This document shows positions 39,575 to 52,444 of a stretch of DNA of 64,000 bases, one piece after another. The position numbers were made by a program, and so were the translations under genes. Within the stretch, counting starts at the first letter, position 1. Each line of letters opens with the position of its first letter. The notes beneath the pieces were generated by a model. The model had not been told where the DNA came from, ran no database searches, and saw only the letters and a program-made list of their open reading frames with translations. Source of the DNA: Chiloscyllium plagiosum (taxonomy: Eukaryota); assembly GCF_004010195.1 (NCBI RefSeq), contig NC_057711.1, positions 82,289,872 to 82,353,871 on the forward strand, written 5' to 3'.

Positions 39575-42500
39575 ATGCTTGCGGACACAGGAGCCCTGCC
39601 CACAACTGACAAAACGACTTATGTGATGGGGATTAATGGACAACGGACTCTTGAGTACTTGAGTGAGACCACTCTGGTAGAAATTGATAACTTATATTCA
39701 CCAATGCGATTTTCTGTATTTAAAAATAACGAAGGAACTATTATGAGAAATGATTTAAAGACGGAGTACAAAGTCCTTTATAGACTACGGGAAGGGTGAA
39801 GTAATCAGGCCCAGTTCTGATGGGAGAAAAGAAAGAATGGGGACTTATGCTAGCCAACTGAGCACTGTCCAAGTCGCCTCCTCTATGGGATTGGCAACTA
39901 GAGGATAATGGCTTTGGGACCATTTATGCCTCCGTCCCAGAGTAATGGGCGGAGACTAAATTAATTACAGGCTTTATTAAAATTGACCCCGAAGTCGTGG
40001 AGGGTCCGGAACACAAGCCGCTCCTTCAATAGCCCATAAAACCCAAAGCCAGAAAGGCAATTGTGGAAATTGTAAAAGGATTAGTGGAGAGGGGAGTTCT
40101 CGGAGACACTACGAGCACTACTAATTCCCCCATGTGGCTAGTCAGTTAATCTGATGGAAGTTACCGTCTCACAATCAATTATATATCCCTTAACAGGGTC
40201 ACTCCTAAATTACACCCTAGAGTCACCAATCCATCCACAATCTTAAATGGGCTTTCCCTGAGCAACAAAATCTTTAATGTACTGGATATTACAAATGGAT
40301 TCTGGTCTATCATTCTCTATCACAACTCCCAAGATACGTTTGCATTTACCGAGATAAACAGTATACCTGGACCAGACTTTCCCAGGGATTCCATCATAGT
40401 CCAGCCATCTTTCACCATGTAATGAGTGAGGTACTCAGGGAGATCAACCTGCCCCACGATAGTAAGATACTCCAATATATCGATGGCTTCTGAATCCAAA
40501 CCATCAGGAAGCACTGGACTTTGTCCTGAAGCACTTGCAGGACAGAGGTTAAAAGCCTGCCCAAAGAAAGCTCAAATTAGGAAAACTAGACTTCTTTACT
40601 TGGAACATTTAATTTCCCCAAGGCATGAAAGAAATGTCTGCAGACAGGGAGACAGCTATGTAACAGATGCCACGGCCAGTGACAGTTCGTGTGCGAGAAA
40701 GGTCTTGGGGCTTGTTTAATTACTGCAGGAATTTTATCCCTGAGTTTGCCAAAGTTGTCGAGTCCATACAATGATTGGTAAAAGGTAGTAAACCTGCAAC
40801 AGACCCCTTGAATGGGAACCGGAGCAAGATGACTCCTATACAAAACTGAAAGCAGAGTTAATGTCATCACTGGGACTGGGATTACCAGATGCTAGTAAAG
40901 ACTTCCACATTTACTGCAACGAAGAGGGAGGTTTTTACTCGGCAGTAATTACACAACTCCATGGTGATAAACAGTGACCTATAGGATATTACACTATTGC
41001 TGAGGGTCCCGTAGTGAACAGCTTGCTCAGATGTATAGCTGCGTTAGACCGTGCCGTGTGGGCAGTAAGGGTCAGTGAGCCTATTGTGATGACAGGGAAT
41101 ATAGTCTTGCATACTACTAAACACACCCTTGTAGAAATGTTAAATATGGGAAAATTATGCATGGTTTCTAACATGAAAAGAGCAAAGTGGAGGCTGTTCT
41201 TTTGCTACCAAACAAATCCATTATCATTGTACGAGATACCCGGATAAATCCAGCAGAAGGGATGTTAGAAGATGATGAATCACGTGGGGGAATGTGGTCA
41301 ATGAAGTAGAGGAAAGTGGAATAAAGGATGTAGCCATGGAGGCACCAAACGAGACCCTGTTTGTGGACGGCTCGCGGAAATATGTAGGTGGTTTGCCACG
41401 AATGGGATGGGCAGCACTGAACAAAGAACTACAAGTTATACAGTCAGAGACGTACAGCACGGAAACAGACCTTCAGTCCAACTCGTCCATTCCAACCAGT
41501 TATCCCAACCTAATCTAGTCCTATTTGCCAGCACCTGGCCCATATCTCTCCAAACTCTTCCTATTCATATACCCATCCAGATGCCTTTTAAATGTTACAA
41601 TTGTACTATCCTCCACCACTTCCTCTGGCAGCTCATTCCTTAAACGCACCACCCTCTGCATGAAAACATTGCCCCTTCGGTCTCTTTTATATATTTCCGC
41701 TTTCACCCTAAACCTATGCCCTCTAGTTCTGGACTCCCCCATTCCAGGGAAAAGATTTTGTCTATTTATCCTATCCATGCCCCTCATGATTCTGGAAAGG
41801 TCACACCTCAGCCTCCTACACTCCAGGGAAAACAGCCCCAGCATATTTAATCTCTCACTATAGCTCAAATCCTCCAAACCTGGCAACATCCTTGTAAATC
41901 TTTTCTGAAGCCTTTCTAGTTTCACAACATTTTTCCGATAGGAGGGAGACCAGAATTGCATGCAATATTCCAACAGTGGCATAACCAATGTCTTGTACAG
42001 CCGCAATATGACCTCCTAACTCCTGTACTCAATACTCTGACCAATAAAGGAGAGCATACCAAATGCCTTCTCCACTATCCTATCTACCTGCGACTGCACT
42101 TTCTAGGAGCTATGAATCTGCACTCCAAGGTCTCTTTGTTCAGCAACACTCCCCACAACCTTACCATTAAGTGTATAAGTTGTCCAAGCAGGGAGAATAG
42201 AAGGAGGCCTGTCAGCCCAGGTGGCGGAGTTAGCAGCCCTCACCCATGCCTTCACGGAAGCGACAGGGGAGAGAGTTAATATTTACACTGATAGTAGATA
42301 TGCATTCAGGATTGTCCATGATTACATGACCATTTGGGGAGACAGGGTTTTGTCACGACAGGGTGCACCCCTGTCATGGGCAGATAATAAAGACCTTACT
42401 GGAGGCCAGCGAAGGCTGCAGTGTTGAAGGTCAAGTCCCACCAGAAGGAACCAGATAAACAGAACCCTGAGTGGCACATTTTTAAGGGGAACCAGGCCAG

Positions 42501-43640
42501 GCTGCTGACAAAGATGCTTAATCAGCTTGACAGACATCCTTTGTCTGCTATCTTTGCCGAGGATGGCCCCACCATAAGCATTACCTAACGACACTTTGAT
42601 ACCCGAGGGTGAATGCGCTAGGTGAAAGGTGCAGGGGGCCATGCCAGATGAGAAATTGAAGATTAAATGACAAGGTCCTGGCCCCCACGTAATTACACCA
42701 TGGCATTTCCCATGTGGGGCGTGATGATATGATAGCCAGCATTGGGAAGGAATAGTGGTGGAAGAGCATGGGCAGATATAGCTTGATTCTGTCACCGCTG
42801 TGTGACATATGCCCAGCACATATGCCCAGGCAGTCCCATTAAAATTAGAATAGGGCACCAGCCATGCCCAAAAGGCACCTTGGAGGATGTACAGATAGAT
42901 TTTACAGGACCTCCTCCCCCAATACCACGGGAAGATGTATTGCCTTGTGATTACTGACCAATTCACTCAGCGGGTCGAGGTCTACCCTACCTGGAACTGC
43001 TCAGCTAAAACTGTGGCAAGGATTTTAGCTGAGGTGGTGATTCCCAGGTGAGACTCCAACCTAGGGATCTATTTTACTGGAAGAGTTGTAAAAACCATAT
43101 GTCAGCAGATGGGCATTAAACAGAAATTTAGCATACCGTATCACCCACAAAGTTCTGGCATGGTGGAGCGAATGAACAGAACTCTTAAAACCTTCTGATA
43201 AATGCTGGACTGAGGTCCTCCTACTATACGCATGCAAGTCCGGTCCACCACAAGCCGGTCGTCTGGCTTGACCCCTTATGAACTGACGACATATAGGGCA
43301 ATGCAACTGACCGAGTTCATCATGGGGAGTTCCGATGTTGGCCTTCTCCGCGATAGAATACGTTGCTGTGTGCTTGAGCTGAGTGCCCAGCTGAAGGAGA
43401 TGTGGAAAAGTCAGGGACAAACAGGAGGGGTTGGTTGAACAGATGCAATTAGAGGATTGTCCAGAGGTCCCATCAGTGGGTAGTAAGGCTATGATTAAGA
43501 ATCTATCCGCTAAACCGGGCTTCGCCCCTAAGTGCAATGGTCCATATGAGGTTATCATTAGCAGTGCTACTGTACCTATATTGACGAGGGAAGGGGGTTT
43601 GAAACATTGGCCACAACTGAAGAAATATATAGACACTGGT
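39575..43640 (+). pseudogene. ERV pro-pol remnant (PR, RT, tether, RNase H, IN)
   Basis: LADTGA; NSPMW...YRLTINY..LN; LDITNGFWS; QYID; LFVDGS; AELAAL..VNIYTDSRYAF; QIDFTGP; PYHPQSSGMVERMNRTLK; GPYEV. Confidence 0.88.
41438..42176 (-). mobile_element. CR1 3' fragment inserted into the ERV RNase H
   Basis: 161-aa CR1 C-terminal ORF at 41521-42006; flanking aagtt at 41433-37 and 42177-81; removing it restores LQVVQAGRIEGGLSAQVAEL. Confidence 0.88.
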
Positions 43641-43783
43641 TGATGATTCTCACCCTCTGATTTCTTTTCAGACTTGACTCTTCTCGAGGCCTGCTGACAT
43701 CATTTGTAAGCGCGGTTGTTGCGAACAGACCAAGAGTGCAGGCTGTTGCGTGCAGGCAATATAGCCTTTGGACCATTGTATAA

Positions 43784-44437
43784 CTCTGGTCTGTAAGCTG
43801 TGGAGTGTTTCTGTTTATTTTTGCCTTCACTCTTTGCCTAGTAGCCACTGGGGGGGTAGCACCGAAGGAATTGTGCCAACCTAGGTACTGTTCACCGGAG
43901 TAAGCGCAGGATACCTGTTAAGTTACCTATACTTGCTCTATATGCACATGCAGCAAAATAATATCTCTAAATGCTGGGTCTGCACTCGAATTCCTGTACA
44001 CTCTAGTGGGGGAATTCCAGAGACCTATTCCGTTTAATAAATCAGAATGGTGGTTGGACCAGGACCGATCTTCACAATTATCTATTGTTTTGGGGGGGGG
44101 TACGCCTGACAAAGAATTTCACAAGTCATTCATGCGAGGCCGTAACCCGACAATCTATGCTGCCAATGATAAGGTCACCTGGGAGACCGCAGAATATAAC
44201 ATACAAAACTATAAAGGTTAGTTCCAGCCTCACTACAACCTTCCACATGCTCCCCCAGCTCTGTCCCTCACAAACACCACAGGTGAAGGGATGCCCATGG
44301 GGACTATTTGTTATAAATGCAATCACGTCATGTTCATTGTTATGGCTGTCCTTAACTCATGTTGTAAAGTTTTGACAGTGAGAATTATGCCGTGTGCTGG
44401 CCTCCACTTTGAGTCGCCTGGGAGTCACCCCGACTGA
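43784..44437 (+). pseudogene. env-like/accessory ORF remnant of the ERV
   Basis: Acceptor-like ttttcag ~43671; one frame with a few stops contains hydrophobic GVFLFIFAFTLCLVA, a Cys-rich segment, NKS/NTT sequons and C-terminal hydrophobic VMFIVMAVLNSCC. Confidence 0.5.
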
Positions 44438-44523
44438 TGATTACAGGATGGAGGTGGTCTGTTCGTCATGTTCCTATATGTCTCGGGACACAAGGTGGAG
44501 GGAAGAGGGGGGAGGAGGGGGAC

Positions 44524-44841
44524 TGAAGACAGAAACTAATCAAAGAAGAAATACTTACAGAATACAACGTCGTGGTATGCCGTTCCTGGAACCAGTGATG
44601 TCTGCACGCGCATACGCAGAACACAAGAAACAGTCTTTCATGGGCTTTCGTCGTACACATCACCCAGACTATAAAAACAGCTGTACCTGTTGTTCAGGGA
44701 AAGACAGCGTGGTCAAGTCCCGCAGTTAGGGTCAGAAGCACGCTGCCACTCCCAAAAGCTTTTGATTTAATAAATTTGATTGACTTGCTTCTAAATTTGG
44801 TTGACTTGCTCCTAAATTTAAGTTTTATTAATTTTATTACA
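44524..44841 (+). repeat. ERV 3' LTR (318 bp)
   Basis: TG...CA, preceded by a long purine tract; contains tataaaa (~44670) and aataaa (~44769). Confidence 0.9.
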
Positions 44842-44986
44842 AGACGTTTGAATAAGTACATGAATTGGAAAGGTTTGGAGGGATATCAGCCAGGATCAGG
44901 CAGGTGGGACTAGTTTAGTTTGGGATCATTTTCAGCATGGACTGGTTGGACCGAAGGGTCTGTTTCCGTGCTATATGACTCTATGC
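44842..44986 (+). mobile_element. CR1 3' end, continuation of 36744-37592
   Basis: agacgtttgaataagtacatgaa...gggtctgtttccgtgctatatgactctatg CR1 tail. Confidence 0.8.
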
Positions 44987-45859
44987 TGTCATGTTGCTTT
45001 GCATTTCTTTTTGATTTCCCCTCTAAATTTGGCTCTCAAATTTATTAGTCTCCTTAGATATTTTCTTGAGGACTACTTGATTTTTGAGGCCAGGATTCTT
45101 GTTCCATTCTCACTAAGTCCTCTGTAAGGTGTTGGGGTCACGCTGTATCATTACCTTCTCTATTGGTGTTGATTTTTATACGATTTTCTTTCCTTAGCAC
45201 AAATATCAAAGATTATAATTATGTATCTATTTGCAAATCTTTCAATTTGGAATTTAAGATATTTTACTAAAATTACCACATATTAATTGCCTGCATTCCA
45301 TTTTCTAAAATGAAATTCCTAACTACTTGGCAAAAGGTAACCTTGGGAATAAGGCTCATCTGAATTCCAAAAACTGCAAGATATTAGTGCTCTCCAGCAT
45401 TTTTTGGTTTTCTTCTGCCAATTTAAAAATTCTTTTTCATCAATATTCAGTTGTCTGCTAACACGTCAGGATACTGACTTCTGAAAGGTCCAACAGTGCA
45501 ATAAGGCGAATACATGCAAACTAGTTCATAAGATAGCAATGGTTCACAGATATTTCACTTTTCAATGAGTTTTGAAAGCTAATGCACACCCTCACTTGAT
45601 CATCCATACTTCAATGTACGAAAGATACATTAATCTGAACTTAAAAATGAATGTAGGTGTTTTATTTTCAAATGGAATTGGTTGAGAAGAATCAATATTT
45701 ATTGCAAATGTAAATAGAAGAAACTCAAATGGAAATAAAAACAAACCATCATACTTTGCTTTTGTTTGAAAACTCGGACAAAACATAACTCAGTTCATAG
45801 TTACCAACTGCATGTAATCATTAAAGTCTGCATTTTTTTCAAACATGCTATTATTATTT

Positions 45860-46900
45860 TGTGTACTCACCTAGTTTTCAAGCTAGCTCTTCATATTCAC
45901 TAGTGACAGAAGATGCAGTGAAATATCTCTTTCCACCAACACACACATACTGGTATAAAGCCTGTCCTTCAGTATTTCTTTCCCCTTCATCCAAGACCCC
46001 CTCCCCCAATTGCTCAGCATCCAAGTCTTGGGATCCACTTTCACAACAACTTAAAACTTTCTGGCCAGGACAGTCATGGAAGAAATGAATAACAAATCGG
46101 CTTTGTTTAATAGCAGAGCAAGCAAATTCACCCATCTTCTGAACACACTGTATCCAATAATACTTGGTACCCAGTACTTTTTTGAAAAAGTCAGGTATCT
46201 GTTATTGTCAAAACATCATATTCCCAAGTGGCTGTGCCCGCAGCTGACTAACCTTGTTTGCCACACGCTGTTTTCACATGCGTTGCAAATCTAATTAAAC
46301 CTCATTGCACTCCATCTTACACTACTACCTGACTATTTCTTACTCGAGTCGTCTTTCCCACTTCTTTTTGCACCTGTTCTTTCTCTTTTGTTAGTGATAA
46401 TGCGTGTTTCCCATTGACTTGTCAAACTAGTTAAACCCTTCCCAATGTCAATTGCTGCAATAGAACATTGATCACGGTACTCTTCAAGTGCAACCTGTCT
46501 GACATATACATGCATTTTTTCCAGAACCTGTCCAAGAATCTAAAGGATTCCCTCCTGCATTATATATCTAGCAACACATTCATTTGGACTGTTCTCCCAT
46601 ATCGATATTACACAATATCCAGAGATCACTATCTTTGAGGTGCTGTTGGCCATGTTTTTTCATAGCTTTGAAATTTTCCCTGTAAAATCTCAACTCTCTT
46701 TTTATCTATGACATTAAGAATAGAGACAACAACTCTTGCTGTTCATCCAGCCATGTGCCCCTCAAAATATCTCTACAGTTACTCAAATGACAGCCTGATC
46801 TTAACATTAGGAAAACAACATCCTGGATTCACAACTACAGCCACAGCAATATTCAGCTGTTTCCATAACTGTTGAATCCTTGTCTCTCACTTGATGTTAA
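45860..46900 (-). mobile_element. Old CR1-like fragment (ORF1/EN junction)
   Basis: Degenerate 'VANKVSQLRA..WEYDVLTITDT*L..GYSVFRR', an APE endonuclease N-terminus. Confidence 0.5.
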
Positions 46901-47265
46901 CATCAAGGTACCATTTGTAAACCGAAAGAACGGTGGATGCTCCAAATTAGGAACAAAAACAGAAATTGCTGGAAAAGCTCAGCAGATCGGCAGCAGTTAG
47001 ATTCTGAGGAAGGGTCACTTGATCCAAAATGTTAACACTTATTCATCTCCACAGATGCTGCCTGATTTACTGAGCTTTTCCAGCAACTTTTGTTTTTATT
47101 GTTGTTGTTGATTAAGGTGCTATTGACAGATATGTACAAAGAAATCTATTTTCATAATGTTCATCTTAGAACAGCAAGTCATTTCTGGATTTCAAGCCAG
47201 TAGACAAGAAATGCTCTGAGGCATGTTAACCTCCTACACAATTATCTTGGATGAAAGGAATGAAC

Positions 47266-47893
47266 AGGCGGCACAGTGGCTAGCAATGCTGCCTCACAGG
47301 GCCAGGAATCTGGATTCAATTCCACCCTCAGGTGACTGTCTGTCTGTGTGGAGTTTGCACATTCTCCCCATGTCTGTATGGGTATCCTCTGGGGGCTCTG
47401 GTTTCCTCCCACAATCCAAAGATGTGCAGGTTAGGTGAATTGGCCATGCTAAATTGCTCATCGTATTCAGGGATGTGTAGGTTGGGTGCATTAGTTAGGG
47501 GTGAATGTAGGATAGTGGGGGAATGTGTCTGGTAGGTTAGTCTTCGGAGGGTCGGTGTAGACTTGTAAAAAAAGGCGGCATAGTGGTTCAGTGGTTAGCA
47601 CTGCTGCCTCACAGCGCCAGGGACCCGGGTTCAATTCCAGCCTTGGGCAACTGTCTGCGTGGAGTTTGCACATTCTCCCTGTGTCTGCGTGGGTTTCCTC
47701 CGGGTGCTCCGGTTTTCTCCCACAGTCCAAAGATGAGTGGGTCAGGTGACTTGGCAATGTTAAATTGCCCATAGCGATAGGTGCATTAGTCAGAGGGAAA
47801 TGGGTGTGGATGGGTTACTCTTCAGAGGGTTGGTGTGGACTGGTTGGGCTGAAGGGCCTGTTTCCACACCGTAGGAAATCTAATCTAATCTAA
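47266..47893 (+). mobile_element. Two tandem tRNA-derived SINE copies (47266-47565 and 47573-47893)
   Basis: Two A/B-box heads separated by an A-run; the second ends in (aatct)n. Confidence 0.85.
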
Positions 47894-48263
47894 TCATATA
47901 GTGGCTAAATTTATTGATAACTCAAAGATGGGTAAAGCGGCAAGCTGTAAGGAGGATTTAAGGTATTCCTGCAAAGGTTAAGGTGATAGCCAAAAATTCA
48001 GTAAATTGTGGAAAATGTGAACTCGCCCACTCTGACAAAGAATTGAAAAGCATTATAATTATTTAAATAGACAGATTGCAGAATTCTGTGGTTCACAGAG
48101 ATCTAGGTGTCCTGATATGTGAATCATAAAACGTTAGTATATTGGTACAGCAGCTGGTTAAGAATGTAAATGCTATGTCATTTATTGCAAGGGGAAATAG
48201 AATATAAAAGGAGGGATGTTTTGCTGCATTTGTATTGGGTGTCGGTGACATGTGGAATACTGG

Positions 48264-48471
48264 ACAGGCAGTCCTTGGGTTGCAAATGGATTTCATTCCC
48301 GAGTCCGTCCACAAGTCAATTTGTGCTCAAGCTGGAACACAATGCATGATACTGTGAAGTAGCCGCTTGTTAGTACAGGAAACGGTTGTATGTCTGATAT
48401 TTGGAATTAAACCCTAACCCTTAGTACAAGCCTTTGTAAGTCTGACAATCGTAAATCAGGGATCCCCTGTA
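48264..48471. mobile_element. Tigger/pogo-like MITE inserted in a CR1 fragment
   Basis: Imperfect TIRs caggcagtcct...agggatcccctg followed by TA; related sequence near 14030-14110. Confidence 0.5.
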
Positions 48472-49778
48472 TATAGCTTTGGGTTACTTATTTATCAAAG
48501 AACACAAATGCATTAACAAATCATCACAGGTTCATGTGACTGACACCAGAGTTGAGAGAGGAGGGATACGGGGGTGTTATGTAACAGGATTTGAACAGTT
48601 GCAGCATGTAATCATTGGAGTTTAGAAAGTTTATAGGTGATCTTATGAATTTTGTCTCAGAACATCCAATAAGCATTTTGCAAAACAGTGTAGATTTTAA
48701 CAAGTTTAATTTCAATATAATTCTTCGCAATGTTATTGAAATCTCTCATGAAGCGGATTTTACAGGGTGGGGCAAACTAATACCACCAGGGCATCCATTT
48801 TCAGGTGATGAAAAGCAACGAACAGACACAAAGCTAGCAGACAGAAAATCAACTATATTTGGAGGATTAGATGAGCTTCATGAACTTTCAAATTAATGTT
48901 GCTTATTTTGAAGACCACAACCAACAAATAGACTCTCAATGACTTGGATGTAAAATTTAAAAATATACACAATAAACATATATACAGGGTAACTACTTTA
49001 TGCAAGTCACTATATATCCATGAAGATATTCAGAAATATAAATAAATGGCAAACTTGGTTTCAAATTTATGGAGATTTCATTTATATTTTTCCCTAATCT
49101 CTTATTTTTCTTCTCTCAACAGGAACATATTTACCACACTCTTCAAATATTTTTGAACAGCTGGCATGCAAAAATCCAACATTTAAGAATTTCCAAACCA
49201 CACTGACATTTATAACAAAATTTAAACCTTCTCCCACAAAGAAAGACATCAAAAGCATAAATATGATAATAGCCAAGTATGTATGCTGGTGTTGCTTTGA
49301 ACAGCACCCTAACACCACAGGACACTGTTAAATAGATGAATTGATCTTTGCTGAAAGGCTGGATTCATTTTAGAATGATTATACCCATTACAGTGCTTAT
49401 TTGCAAGTTTACGTGGAACATACTGAAAAAAATTTCAGTCCCAAACAATAAGCTCACCCCTCAGGTGCCATTAGCCAGGTAGGGTAGTTGGTGAATCAAA
49501 CACTTGTGGAATATTGAACAAACCTGAATGAGATATTTGATGGTCATTTGGAGGTGCCATAACATTATATAAAGTCATGTCTTCACCTCCTGCAGAATTC
49601 ACCCACTCTTGGAATGTACCATCACTTTTGGACCATTAGATATCTGCAAATTTGAGCCAATCTTTAAAGGGATATCAGATGCCAGGAACTCATGTGAATA
49701 CCACACCTATATGAAAAACTCTTAAGTGCAATGTTACCATCTTGCCAATAGGATTGATTCACATCAAGCTTCACAAAT

Positions 49779-50092
49779 GGTGGACAGTGGTTCAGTGGTT
49801 AGCACTGCTGCCTCACAGTACCAGGATCAGAGGTTCAATTCCAGCCTTGGGCGACTATCTATGTGGAGTTTGCACACTCTCCTTGTGTCTGCATGGGGTA
49901 CCTTCAGGTGCTCTGGTTTCCTCCCACAGTCCAAAGATGTGTAGATCGGTGAATTGGCCATGCTAAATTGCCCATAGTGTTGGGTGCATTAATCAGAGGG
50001 AAATGGGTCGGGGTGGATTACCCTTTGGACAGTCGGTGTGGACTGGTTGGGCCGAAGGGCCTGTTTCCACACTGAAGGGAATCTAATCTAAT
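49779..50092 (+). mobile_element. tRNA-derived SINE
   Basis: A/B-box head, conserved core, (aatct)n tail. Confidence 0.85.
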
Positions 50093-52214
50093 CTTAACTC
50101 TGAAAATACAAGTGCATATTCTCAGACCTGGCCTCCATGTAATGTGCTATAGAAGTTGCTTTTCCAATGAAAGAACTTTCTAACCAGTCATCAAACAAAG
50201 TGGAAGCTTAATACAGGATCGATTTCAATATACTGTCCAGTTAGGTACTCTGGATATCCAAGCTCAACTCTCAAATTAGGCTAGCTTTCAAATTAGAACT
50301 GGGATATTTCTAATTTGGGATATTTCTAATCTCCACAGGGTGGTGGAGATTGGAGTTCGCATTGTCTTTAAAAGAAATCCTGGTCCTGGATCTCACATGC
50401 ACCTTTAGTCTTTAGAATCTCAGTTGAAGGCTTCTGCAAATATTTCACAAGCTGACTCAGCATTGAAATTTTGCTATCACTGAAGGAAGGTAGTGAAGGC
50501 CAAAATCTGCACAAAGGTTTGGATGGGAGAATATTTCGTATCAAATTCCCGAGTAAAACATTTGAGGAAGAAACACACTCCACAGATAGCTTAAAGGCTT
50601 CTGAAGTGATCATAAAAACAGCTGGATTTTGCTCGAATGAAGAAAATGTAATACTAACTGCACTTTTTAATGATCACAATGTGTTGCAAGTCTCATGGGA
50701 TCAGCTGCATTAATTTTGCAGACCATTGGAGGACTGTTCATCTGAGAAGTTATGGCAGTACATGGTCAAATTTTGTACTTTAAGTGTTTATACTCTAGAG
50801 TTAAAAAGAGCATTCTGAGTGTTTCAGGATCTTCCATTATGAATTTATTCGCTGCACTCAGTGATTGAGTTTCACAGGATTAAACAGGAAGGATTTCAGA
50901 TTCTGTTTGAAGACTCTCTAGGTATTGTTGATTCATATGAATGCCTTGAAATTGTGGAACAGTCATGAATTGCAAGTTTCAGCCTGGACTGCAGAACTAT
51001 GCTGATGGTTCCACAATGATTCATCATTTACTTAGTTTATTTTGTCTGCAAAAACATATCGTTATAATGTTAAACAATTAATTTGTTAATAATTATGATG
51101 CAAAGGGAAAACACTGCAAAATACTAATTTAAGTACATTTCTAATTTACTAAAATCCAGAGAAGAAAATCTCAGAATGTGTAAAATAGCAAAAAACAATC
51201 ATTGCTGGAAAAAGAAAAATGTACCAATAGATGTGGAATTGAACAAAGCACTAAAGATATACATCATGCATGTACAAAAAGTTACATTCCAAGAAGAATT
51301 CAACACACCAGCTATAATACAGAAGGGTCGTATATGTATATATGCTCAAAAGTCAAAATTAGAGCTACTTATGACTGTGAATATTGCTGAAAAAAAGATA
51401 CATGTTGCTAAAGCTTTTTGTCTTGCACACATCAAGACAAATGTTAACAATTTATTCCACAGGAGAAAAGGGTGCTGATTGTTTGGCAAGAAAACTCAAT
51501 GTCCAAAGAAGGGGAAATTATATCTGCATTTTCTGCAACTGCAAGTGCAAATGGTGCATTCACCATCCAAGCATTTGCAGACTGCGGCATCACTCCCAGT
51601 GAATGATGTATATCAGCGAATTGGCATTTCACTTCAACCTGTCGCTGTTTCACTTCTTATCTTGTTCACCATCCTGGTCATCACCTACTCATTATCCCTC
51701 TTGAAGACCCTCTCGCTACCCCATTGTCAACATGAACCTTCACTGCTCCACTCCATCAGCAAAGCAATAAAGAAGTGACAACAATAATGTGAACAGCAAT
51801 AACATCCTATTCCAGCACAATGCACGTGCACAATAGTGACATTAGTAGCACCATCTTCTGCTCCAGTATGGTGACCAAAGGTAGTGAGAAAAGGGCTTCT
51901 AGGTTCAGGATTGCTGTTGCTTTCGTCATAGCAACACATCAGTTAGAGTCAACTTGCCATCGAATTAGTACAGTTTGTCCCACATGATACAAGTCCTTGC
52001 GATGCAGGTCATTAACCATGGAAGCAACTCCTGGATGGCCACAGAGATCGGCTTACGCAGGGTGATAAGAAGGCCCGTCTAGGTTCATGGTGCCTTGACC
52101 CCAGTTGAGTTAGACAATGTTAGACCTTTAAGTCCTTAGCCCTGCCACCCCTATGCTCTACCATATCCTCCTCCATGGTCACTCACCTAGTATCCACCAT
52201 AGGCAAACATTAGG

Positions 52215-52444
52215 AGTGTAGGTTCGGGTGGATTGGCCATGCTACGTTATCCCATAGTATCCAGGGATGTACATGTTAGGGTGGATTGGCTGTTCTAAAT
52301 TGTTCCACAGCATCCAGTGTATTAGTCAGGGATAAATGTAAAGTAATAGGTAAGAGAATGGGTCTAGGTGGGTTAGTCTTTGGAGGGTTGGTGTAGACTT
52401 GTTGGGCCAAAGGGCCTGTTTCCACACTGTCGGGATTCTATGAT
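52215..52444 (+). mobile_element. 5'-truncated SINE
   Basis: Core and tail (gggcctgtttccacactg..gggattctatga) without a head. Confidence 0.7.

Larger units (their letters stand above)
37593..44841 (+). mobile_element. Degraded endogenous retrovirus (LTR-gag-pro-pol-env-like-LTR)
   Basis: LTRs start TGAAGAC (37593, 44524) and the 3' LTR ends ...TTACA (44841); AGAC TSD; PPT ~44493-44521; CCHC knuckle, DTGA protease, RT, tether, RNase H and integrase motifs. Confidence 0.92.

Noticed and set aside
45878..46135. 85-aa ORF followed by a gtgagt donor as an extra exon
   Set aside because: It ends in a stop and lies within a degenerate CR1 endonuclease region.
47573..47650. tRNA genes at SINE heads
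   Set aside because: The A/B boxes continue into SINE core and tail, with no complete cloverleaf or terminator.
50300..51480. Possible pogo/Tigger transposase remnant (minus strand)
   Set aside because: Only a faint resemblance; no readable DDD motifs or TIRs, so not listed as a feature.
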